Source: Bdellovibrionales bacterium (lineage in GTDB: Bacteria > Bdellovibrionota > Bdellovibrionia > Bdellovibrionales > UBA1609). Taken from it: a stretch of DNA of 62,429 nt. This document shows, piece after piece, positions 55,652-62,429 of the stretch. Each line of letters opens with the position of its first letter. Position 1 is the first letter of the stretch. The stretch lies in the NCBI GenBank assembly GCA_007121385.1, contig SKLV01000116.1, positions 1 through 62,429 of the forward strand, written 5' to 3'. The translations under genes and the position numbers were made by a program. The notes beneath the pieces were generated by a model. It was not told where the DNA came from. It saw only the letters and a program-made list of their open reading frames with translations, and ran no database searches.

Positions 55652-56740
55652 TTAAGAAATCACAACATCTTCTTCGATTCGATGGTAGCCATACCACTCT
55701 TTCAACCGACCCACAGGGCGATCCATCTCTTCTGGATAGTCCAGGAGGACATAAGTGAGTTTGGTGATCTTTCCCAAGGAAGAGATATCCAGAGAAGTGA
55801 TATCTGTCCAAGTTCCTGTATTGAAGTACTCCATCCCCTCCCCCCACTGACGATACTGATAGACATGAGAATGGCCAAAAATCACTGTGTGCACTCGTTC
55901 ATCTCGCAACACTCGCCGTGCCGCCTCGCCCAAGTCAGGAAACACAGCACTCTCCGCAATCACCTGCAAAATTCGCTTAAAGGAAACCCCCCGACGGGGG
56001 TCCTTCACAAAGGCGGAACGCAGAAAATAAAAAGCCAGGGCAAAAAATCCCTTGATGGTAAACCAAGTTTCGTTCACCAAGGCCCATCGTAACATTCGGT
56101 CAAAAGGTCTAATTTTGTCCACATGAGGGTAGCGGTGCTTAATCTGCAAAACAAAATCGACAAAAAAATGAGATCCAAAAGGCAAATTGAGAATGGGCTC
56201 CGGCAAATCTTTCTTTAAAAAAAATTTTTTTGGATCCAAACGATTAGCCGCTTCATGCATATGACCGTGTTCAATATGAACTCCATCAAAAAAATAAATA
56301 AGGTTTTTAAAATAGATATCCGCCCCTACAACCTCATTGAGATAAGCTCGACACGAAGGCCACATCATCCCCTGATCGTGATTTCCAACTATATAAGTGA
56401 TTCGACAGCCCTCTCGAGCCGCGAAATCCTTCAGAGCCTTAAAGAACAGGGGATGACCTTGAATGATTCTCTTCATGACCTCTAAGTTCATAGACTCAGT
56501 AATGGCCGTCACATAGTGACCTCTGAAGTCCACTTGGAGAAAGTTAAAAATATCCCCATTGAGAATCAGCTCAACCTCGGCTTCAGCATACTTTCCGGTG
56601 GAATAATAGTGCAAAAACTCGACAAACTTTTCGTCAAAGTAAAACTCTTCCAGTGAATTGAGACGGCCCGACTCAAGAGTTCTTCCCAAGCCCAAATGCA
56701 AATCACTGACCACCAATTTAATCTTCTTCTTTTTGGTCAT
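55652..56740 (-). CDS. Calcineurin-like metallophosphoesterase
   Basis: 362 aa. Motifs VSDLHLG (DxH), NGDIFNF (GD), VGNHD (GNHD), EHGH and FGHSH (GHxH). Confidence 0.8.
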   Translation of the reverse strand: MTKKKKIKLVVSDLHLGLGRTLESGRLNSLEEFYFDEKFVEFLHYYSTGKYAEAEVELILNGDIFNFLQVDFRGHYVTAITESMNLEVMKRIIQGHPLFFKALKDFAAREGCRITYIVGNHDQGMMWPSCRAYLNEVVGADIYFKNLIYFFDGVHIEHGHMHEAANRLDPKKFFLKKDLPEPILNLPFGSHFFVDFVLQIKHRYPHVDKIRPFDRMLRWALVNETWFTIKGFFALAFYFLRSAFVKDPRRGVSFKRILQVIAESAVFPDLGEAARRVLRDERVHTVIFGHSHVYQYRQWGEGMEYFNTGTWTDITSLDISSLGKITKLTYVLLDYPEEMDRPVGRLKEWYGYHRIEEDVVIS

Positions 56741-56760
56741 GACAATTCGTCTAAAATCCC

Positions 56761-58083
56761 TCAGCTGGCCACATAGACAATATTTCGACTTTTATTCTTA
56801 CCGTAATACATGGCTTCATCAGCCAACTTGATCAGCTGCTCCTTACTTTGAGCGTGATCTGGAAAAGTCGCAAGCCCGATACTCATAGTGACCTGAATTC
56901 CCTTCTCATCAATTAAAAAGCGAGTTTTCTCTATTCCCCCGCGAATTCTCTCCGCGACACACTCCGCCGCAGCCGAGTCTGCATTGACCAGTACCACAAG
57001 GAACTCATCTCCGCCATAGCGAAAGGCATAGTCACAGCTCCTCAGAGCCAACTTAATAGAACGCCCAATTTCCCCCTGTAAGCGAGACCCCGCCCAGTGG
57101 CCCTGAGTGTCGTTCACCAATTTAAAGAAATCCACATCCATAAAGAGGATGGAAAAGGGTTGATTCTGACGCTGCGCTCTTGCAATTTCCTGATCTAACA
57201 CCATGGGCAAATAACGATGATTGTGAAGTTGAGTCAAATCATCAATGAAGGACCTGGACTGAGCTTCCCGATGCTCAAAGGCAAAGCCCAGATAGGGGGA
57301 GTAGAGATCCAGACCAAGAAGGATCTGCCTCAAGATAAGATCCCTATCGTAGGTAGAGGCCACCTCCTCAAAGATAAACCATCCCAGGGCTTCCCCCTCA
57401 GACCTCTTGAAAACGGGTACAATGAGAGAGTTTTCAACCCAGAGCCCATTTCTTATCCCCTTGAGCTCCTGATCAGCCACCCCCTGAAAGAGAGTCTTTA
57501 AAGAGCTAAGGGTAGTATAGACGTCTCGGTCCCGAGCCGCCCTCCAGCAGCCATCCCGCTGGAAAAAAGACTGAGACAAAAGGCTTAGCTCCTGGCTATC
57601 TGCGGCCTTTAGGACCTCCTCCCGACCTCGCTGCAACCAATGAACATTAAAGCAGTTCATTTTTTGTCCAAAATGTAAAAGAATTTGATCCAAGACCTGC
57701 CCCAAATCCAAGCTCTGAACAAGGGGGCGATGCAAATGGAGTTGACGAGCCATTTTTCCCAGAGCAATCAATTTATGGGCGCAAGCTCCCAAATCTTTTT
57801 GCCCCTGAGTGGGGTGAAGCCACCAGCTCAGCTCAGTTTGAGGAACTAAGGGATAAACCCAATGGCTTTTCTTGACTAAATAGATCTGAGGGAGCCAGCT
57901 GGCCTTGGCCCAAAGCTCCTGCAAAGCCTGCCAAGAGGTCTGACTTTGAGACTCCACATAGACCAATAGATCCACGGGACCCTCCTCGGGAGAGGTCACC
58001 TCTAAGCCAGCCGACCTGAGTTGGGTCGCCACACTTTGTAAAAGCTGAGTTGGATCTCCTATCAAAGCCACTTTCGCCGACAT
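56761..58083 (-). CDS. GGDEF diguanylate cyclase with an N-terminal receiver-like and GAF-like sensory region
   Basis: 440 aa. C-terminal GGDEF (RYGGDEFLVV) with I-site RSCD 5 residues upstream. Its ATG directly abuts the TAG stop of the upstream coiled-coil gene. Confidence 0.85.
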   Translation of the reverse strand: MSAKVALIGDPTQLLQSVATQLRSAGLEVTSPEEGPVDLLVYVESQSQTSWQALQELWAKASWLPQIYLVKKSHWVYPLVPQTELSWWLHPTQGQKDLGACAHKLIALGKMARQLHLHRPLVQSLDLGQVLDQILLHFGQKMNCFNVHWLQRGREEVLKAADSQELSLLSQSFFQRDGCWRAARDRDVYTTLSSLKTLFQGVADQELKGIRNGLWVENSLIVPVFKRSEGEALGWFIFEEVASTYDRDLILRQILLGLDLYSPYLGFAFEHREAQSRSFIDDLTQLHNHRYLPMVLDQEIARAQRQNQPFSILFMDVDFFKLVNDTQGHWAGSRLQGEIGRSIKLALRSCDYAFRYGGDEFLVVLVNADSAAAECVAERIRGGIEKTRFLIDEKGIQVTMSIGLATFPDHAQSKEQLIKLADEAMYYGKNKSRNIVYVAS

Positions 58084-59172
58084 CTATTTTGCCTTCTTCA
58101 TAATTTCCTGGATCTGATCACTCTCTTCAAGAAGTGCCAGAGCCAGTCTTAAGGTTTTGACCGTTCTCTTTAAAGTTTCCTGTTTGTCCGTGATTTGCTG
58201 GTGCAGTTCCTGACTTTTCACCCTATAGTTTTCAATCTCCAAGCTCAGTTGGTCCATCTGTCTTTTAAGATCTAAGATGATTTCATCTTTATTGCGCACT
58301 AAGGCCGAACTCTCCATGCGCACCAGCTCCAAGCGATTCTCTAGCTCTCTTTCTCGCACCCGGATTTTCTGAATATTAGTCGAAAGCCGCGCTTCCATCT
58401 CTGAAACCTTGTCCTTGAGCACCACGAGTTGCCGATCTTTTTGCTCCATGGAATTCAATAGAATTTGCTTCTCTTCCTGAAACTGATGAGTTTGATCTTC
58501 CAGCTTCTGATTCAATTTCTGCTCACGAGTGGCCACCTCATCCGCTCTTCGTCGAAATGTCTCACCGGCTGCAGCCAGCTGCTCATTTTCCATTCTCAGC
58601 CTTTCCACCTCTTGCTCCAGTTCCAGTATTCTCTGCTGAGCCAAGCGCAGGTTTTCAGATTGGGCCAAGGTGGCATCCATAGGGGAAATTCGGCCGCCCC
58701 CTCCCAAACCGGCAAAGCGCCCCACCGAGGCTCTCACCTTGTCGTCAATATCACCACTGTGAGAGTCAGGACGGGAGTGAACAATAGCCGTTTTTTCCGA
58801 GGGCCCTTGAGATGTTTTTTCCTTTGGTAAAGACGGGGGAGCACTCCCCTCATCTGGCTTTGAGGACAATCGAAGGGTTCGCGAGCCTTCGTCTAAGGTC
58901 TCTTCCGAGTTCTCCACTGCACTGAAGTCAAATTCAGCAGAGGGGTCCTCGTCCTCCGAGACAGAGATCTCCCCAGACCCGGAATCCTTCCGAGAGCTTG
59001 GACTTTTCAAATGTTCTGAACCCTCTAAACTCTCGAGATCGGACTCAATATCTAACTCTTGATCCTCATCATCAAGCAGGTCATCCATCAACTCGAGAGC
59101 TAAGGCTCTGCCTTTTTTTCCAGTCATCCACTTAAACCATCGGAAAATCAGGAAAAACGATAAAGCCTTCAC
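58084..59172 (-). CDS. Acidic/Ser-rich N-terminus plus a long coiled-coil protein
   Basis: 362 aa. GTG start with GGAG upstream, a hydrophobic/amphipathic N-terminus (FFLIFRWFKW), and about 190 residues of heptad-type sequence (RILELEQEVERLRMENEQL...). Confidence 0.6.
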   Translation of the reverse strand: MKALSFFLIFRWFKWMTGKKGRALALELMDDLLDDEDQELDIESDLESLEGSEHLKSPSSRKDSGSGEISVSEDEDPSAEFDFSAVENSEETLDEGSRTLRLSSKPDEGSAPPSLPKEKTSQGPSEKTAIVHSRPDSHSGDIDDKVRASVGRFAGLGGGGRISPMDATLAQSENLRLAQQRILELEQEVERLRMENEQLAAAGETFRRRADEVATREQKLNQKLEDQTHQFQEEKQILLNSMEQKDRQLVVLKDKVSEMEARLSTNIQKIRVRERELENRLELVRMESSALVRNKDEIILDLKRQMDQLSLEIENYRVKSQELHQQITDKQETLKRTVKTLRLALALLEESDQIQEIMKKAK

Positions 59173-59254
59173 AACTCCAAAGCTGTTTTTCAGCCTTAGG
59201 TCCAGGCCAGACCCAGACCTAAGCCCCGCATGAAAGTCTAGGATCTAAGGGAAT

Positions 59255-60157
59255 TTACCGGATCACTTCCTCATATTGAGCTCGCCGCCCCTCAATTTCT
59301 GGCCACTGGAGTTGGCGCAACGAGCCAACTCCAAAGTCCTCGACGGTGAAAGAGGCCATAAGACAACCATGGATACAGGCCTGCTTTAAATCAGGCCAAC
59401 TCAGCCCCTTATCCACCCGGGAGAGGTAGCCAAAAAAGCCCCCAGCAAAAGTGTCTCCGGCTCCAGTGGGATCCTTCACTTCAGCTACAGGAAAAGCAGG
59501 TAAGATAAAGTGGCGTCCCTCGCTGAACAGGACAAAGCCATACTCTCCTCGCTTCACCACAACGGCTTTGGGCCCCCAATCAGTAAGAGTCTTTACGGAT
59601 TGCACGATGTTCCACTGCCCTGTCAGCTGACGCGCCTCCGCCTCATTGATCAAGAGAACATCAATCCGCCTGAGCAGCTCAAGAAGCTGTGGGCGCTTGG
59701 ATTCAATCCAAAAGTTCATGGTGTCGGCACCCACAAGCTGGGGACCCTTCACCTGATCTAGGACCCTCATCTGTAAATCTGGGTCAATATTGGCGAGAAA
59801 AACATAGCGCGAGCCTGCATAGGTGGGGGGTAAACTGGGGTTGAAGTTTTCAAAAACATTCAACTCTGTTTTTAATGTGATGGCCTCGTTCATATCGGCT
59901 TCATAACGACCTTGCCAGTGAAAGGTCTTACCAGGGACTTTTTTTAGCCCCTCCAAATCTACAGACCGAGAACGCAAAAGCTCCAAGTCAGAGTCCGCAT
60001 AGTCTTCTCCCACCACGCCGACCACCCTCACGGGAGAAAACATGGAGGCCACGAGAGAGAAATAGTTGGCTGAGCCCCCCAAAGTTCTTTCCACTTGGCC
60101 AAGAGGAGTCTTAATGCTGTCGTAGGCCACACTTCCCACTACTAAAATGTCTGACAT
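59255..60157 (-). CDS. PfkB/ribokinase-family sugar or nucleoside kinase
   Basis: 300 aa. N-terminal ILVVGSVAYDSI and C-terminal DPTGAGDTFAGGF (the PfkB signature region). Confidence 0.85.
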   Translation of the reverse strand: MSDILVVGSVAYDSIKTPLGQVERTLGGSANYFSLVASMFSPVRVVGVVGEDYADSDLELLRSRSVDLEGLKKVPGKTFHWQGRYEADMNEAITLKTELNVFENFNPSLPPTYAGSRYVFLANIDPDLQMRVLDQVKGPQLVGADTMNFWIESKRPQLLELLRRIDVLLINEAEARQLTGQWNIVQSVKTLTDWGPKAVVVKRGEYGFVLFSEGRHFILPAFPVAEVKDPTGAGDTFAGGFFGYLSRVDKGLSWPDLKQACIHGCLMASFTVEDFGVGSLRQLQWPEIEGRRAQYEEVIR

Positions 60158-60191
60158 AAGAGCTTTCCCTTCTAAAATTTTGGCTTTTGGG

Positions 60192-61238
60192 TCAAAGAGC
60201 TATTGGCGTTTGAATGGGGGCCGTTGTCAACTGCCCACAGGCTGCGTAAATATCTCGCCCCATAGTTTTTCGCCGCAAGACATGAGCACCCAAACGCATC
60301 AGCTCTTCCTGAAAGCGGGCAATGCGGGCCTCACTGGGCCGTAAAAAACCCGAATTGGGGTGTTCATTAAAAGGTATGATATTGATTTTACAGGGAAGGC
60401 TGCGAGTCAGTCGATGCAGAGCTCGAGCATCCTCTATGGAGTCCGTCACGTCCTTCAGCAAAACATACTCCAAAGTCACTCGATCTCCAGACTCGTCGGC
60501 GTGCTGACGACAGGCTTGAAGAAGCTCAGCAATAGGCCAGCGCTTGTTGATGGGCATAATCCGGCTACGGACCTCATCGTTCACCCCATTCAAGCTCACC
60601 GCCAACCTCACTCCAGCTTGAGTCACCCGGGGAATCAGTGGCACAATTCCCGAAGTGGACACTGTCACCTTGCGCTTGGAGAAGCCCACGCCCCAGGGGC
60701 TGTGGAGGATCTCAATGGACTTAAAAACTGCATCAGGGTTGTCCAGGGGCTCACCCATTCCCATAAAGACAATATTGGTGATTCGCTGCTCTGGAGGCAG
60801 ACGGTCGGCCACAGCCAAAAACTGACCGACAATTTCACCGGCAGAAAGTCGACGCTTGAGTTTTTGCTTGGCCGTGTAACAAAATTTGCAAGCCATATTA
60901 CAGCCCACTTCAGAGGAAACACAGAGAGTGAGACGATCTTTGGAGGGAATTAAAACAGACTCCACGCTCTGCCCATCGCCCACGTCAAATAAAAACTTTC
61001 TGGTCCCATCCGAACTCACCGCCTCGGTGAGCACCCGTGGCAAGCTCAGGTCCAACAGCTGAGGCAATTCCTGGCGAAAGGCCTTAGACAAATTGGTCAT
61101 CTGCTCAAAGTCATCCACTCTCATCTGATAGACCCAGCGAAACAGTTGCTGGGAGCGAAAAGCCTCTTTGCCAAGGCTCTGCAGATGATCCCTGAGCTCA
61201 GGCAGAGTGAATTCAAAAAAACTTTGCGGTGCTGACAT
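60192..61238 (-). CDS. rlmN: 23S rRNA/tRNA adenine-C2 methyltransferase RlmN (radical SAM)
   Basis: CNMACKFC radical-SAM cluster motif, FRSQQLFRWVY N-terminal motif, and GMGEPLDN. I use the ATG at 61238 (AGAGG 9 nt upstream). The track's TTG at 61268 would form a TTGA overlap with the upstream gene and is also possible. Confidence 0.93.
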   Translation of the reverse strand: MSAPQSFFEFTLPELRDHLQSLGKEAFRSQQLFRWVYQMRVDDFEQMTNLSKAFRQELPQLLDLSLPRVLTEAVSSDGTRKFLFDVGDGQSVESVLIPSKDRLTLCVSSEVGCNMACKFCYTAKQKLKRRLSAGEIVGQFLAVADRLPPEQRITNIVFMGMGEPLDNPDAVFKSIEILHSPWGVGFSKRKVTVSTSGIVPLIPRVTQAGVRLAVSLNGVNDEVRSRIMPINKRWPIAELLQACRQHADESGDRVTLEYVLLKDVTDSIEDARALHRLTRSLPCKINIIPFNEHPNSGFLRPSEARIARFQEELMRLGAHVLRRKTMGRDIYAACGQLTTAPIQTPIAL

Positions 61239-61264
61239 AGAACAAGCCTCTAACACGGCGTCCC

Positions 61265-62107
61265 TCAACGGGACAAGGGAAAGCTGACTTCAAGAATTTT
61301 ATCTAGCAAATAGCGCTTGCTCTGGTCCTGGCCAGACTCCACAGCCACGACAAAGTCTCCCCGGGGATTGCGCACCAAACCCAAGGGTCTGACTCGCCGG
61401 GCCTGCCCGGGCCTTGACCCTCCGGAGTAGACCAAATCGACCTCTCGCCCCTGGCGGATGGCCTGAACAAGAAGATCCATTTCCGGCCTGAGGCCCAGAA
61501 CCTTAAGGGAGTAATTGGACCAGTGCAGAGGCCCTCCCTGAGCCCGAAAGACCTGTGCCAGGCTGGCCTCCTCTCCTAAACGCCCCAAACATTGAAGAGC
61601 CACCCCCCAACAGGTTTCAGCGTCATAGAGAGCCCGGTGGCCCTGCCCTTGGGGCAGCCCCAGAAACCGGCTCAATGTGGACAACCGGTGATTTCCACTC
61701 TCAGGAATCAATTGACGGGAGAGTAAGCTGGTGCAGAGAACAGGCCCCGGAGGGTGCGTTAGATTGAATCGCTCGATATCGGCCATCAAAAAGCCCATAT
61801 CAAAGGGGGCGTGATGGGCCACCCCTATCGCCTCCCCCAGAAAATCCAAAAATTCCGGCAGCTTTTCTTTCAGGCTGGGAGCCTGAGCCACCATTTCATT
61901 GGTGATCTTGTGGATAGCGATCACCTCCGGGGACATGGGACGAGAGGGACGAATCAGGCTGGACCAGCGCCCCACCTCTTGACCCTGGGACCATTTGACA
62001 GCAGCCATTTCACAGATTTCTGCCTCCAAGGGATACTTGCCCGAAGTCTCCAAATCAAAGGCCACAAAAGTCCCCTGAGCCCAGGGGGTATCTAAGTTGA
62101 GCATCAC
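61265..62107 (-). CDS. DEDDh (DnaQ-like) 3'-5' exonuclease fused to a C-terminal WYL-like domain
   Basis: 280 aa. Exo I VAFDLETSG, Exo II VAHHAPFDMGFL, Exo III HRALYDAE. The C-terminal ~75 aa (VDLVYSGGSRPGQARRVRPLGLVRNPRGDFVVAVESGQDQSKRYLLDKILEV) follow the WYL-domain pattern. Confidence 0.8.
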   Translation of the reverse strand: MMLNLDTPWAQGTFVAFDLETSGKYPLEAEICEMAAVKWSQGQEVGRWSSLIRPSRPMSPEVIAIHKITNEMVAQAPSLKEKLPEFLDFLGEAIGVAHHAPFDMGFLMADIERFNLTHPPGPVLCTSLLSRQLIPESGNHRLSTLSRFLGLPQGQGHRALYDAETCWGVALQCLGRLGEEASLAQVFRAQGGPLHWSNYSLKVLGLRPEMDLLVQAIRQGREVDLVYSGGSRPGQARRVRPLGLVRNPRGDFVVAVESGQDQSKRYLLDKILEVSFPLSR

Positions 62108-62127
62108 TGCAAATTGGCCGAAGGGCG

Positions 62128-62429
62128 CTACTGTGTCAATTGGCGAACAAAGTTTTCATAGGCATTCAGCCCTTCGGCTGGACGCCCAAACATCTGCCTC
62201 ATCTGGCGAGGTCTGGAGCCATCAGCTCTCTGTTCTTTTTGCTTCACCCGGATTCGAATAGACCCTTGAGTGGGGCGGCCCTCAGCATCTCTGTCTCGTC
62301 CTTCCACCACAGGACGGCCAAAAATATCCACAGTGTCATGCTCCAAGGAGGAGCGTATCTTCTGTGTCACCAAATCCATCCTCTCATCAGCCACATTTTG
62401 CGCCCGCCTTGAGTCTCCATCCACACTGG
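62128..62429 (-). CDS. Possible C-terminal part of an Arg-rich protein of unknown function (frame stays open to the window end)
   Basis: Frame is open from 62429 down to the stop at 62128, and the track starts it at GTG 62424. No motif recognised, and an antisense ORF of similar length exists, so coding status is uncertain. Confidence 0.35.
   Translation of the reverse strand, partial: SVDGDSRRAQNVADERMDLVTQKIRSSLEHDTVDIFGRPVVEGRDRDAEGRPTQGSIRIRVKQKEQRADGSRPRQMRQMFGRPAEGLNAYENFVRQLTQ

Noticed and set aside
1-62429. A genomic island, prophage or defence island (looked for integrases, transposases, tRNA targets, restriction/CBASS/retron/Abi-like genes, and abrupt composition change)
   Set aside because: None recognised. 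Gene content is dominated by housekeeping, envelope, motility and signalling genes with a uniform strand bias, consistent with core chromosome.

Overview
This 62.4-kb window is gene-dense, with about 60 CDS, roughly 85% of them on the minus strand. It looks like core chromosome from a delta-proteobacterium-like glider or predator. That placement rests only on Bdellovibrionota/Myxococcota-type gene content. I saw no rRNA, tRNA, CRISPR array, transposase, integrase or prophage genes. Contents in window order: (1) 1-5.8 kb, a type IVa pilus assembly block: a partial lipoprotein in the pilQ position, pilP-O-N-M, pilD, and a Myxococcus PilH/PilI-like ABC pair. (2) 5.9-11.8 kb, pyrB-carA-ORF218-carB. 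(3) 11.8-16.9 kb, lepA followed by three tandem signal peptidase I genes, then metK. (4) 17-20.7 kb, an LptC-LptA-like fusion, lptB, rpoN and hpf. (5) 20.8-21.5 kb, a GYF-GYF-PilZ protein. (6) 21.5-32.9 kb, a ten-gene single-strand Agl/Glt-type gliding-motility cluster: TolQ/TolR-like motor, FHA/TonB-C protein, two large TPR proteins and two paralogous OM barrels. (7) 33-36.1 kb, pyrG, kdsB, engB. (8) 36.2-39.2 kb, an FHA-sigma54 activator, a FliL-like protein and a lipoprotein. (9) 39.2-43.8 kb, polA, a small HTH protein, ftsB, eno. (10) 43.8-46.9 kb, an orphan CpaF-like secretion ATPase coupled to small uncharacterised ORFs. (11) 47-49 kb, pgeF and PIN-PhoH. (12) 49-52.4 kb, a PilZ protein and a TonB-like/OM-barrel/Zn-aminopeptidase operon. 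(13) 52.3-53.2 kb, an ECF sigma/anti-sigma pair. (14) 53.4-59.2 kb, a c-di-GMP-rich operon: FHA-GGDEF, pgi, metallophosphoesterase, GGDEF, coiled-coil protein. (15) 59.3-62.4 kb, PfkB kinase, rlmN, a DEDDh-exonuclease/WYL-like fusion and a partial ORF. The best candidates for something not yet understood are the CpaF-like ATPase module, which has no pilus partners in the window, and the compact all-in-one gliding operon with its flanking c-di-GMP and FHA signalling parts. The gliding machine family itself is already described in Myxococcus. All functional calls come from reading motifs in the supplied translations by eye. No database search was run.
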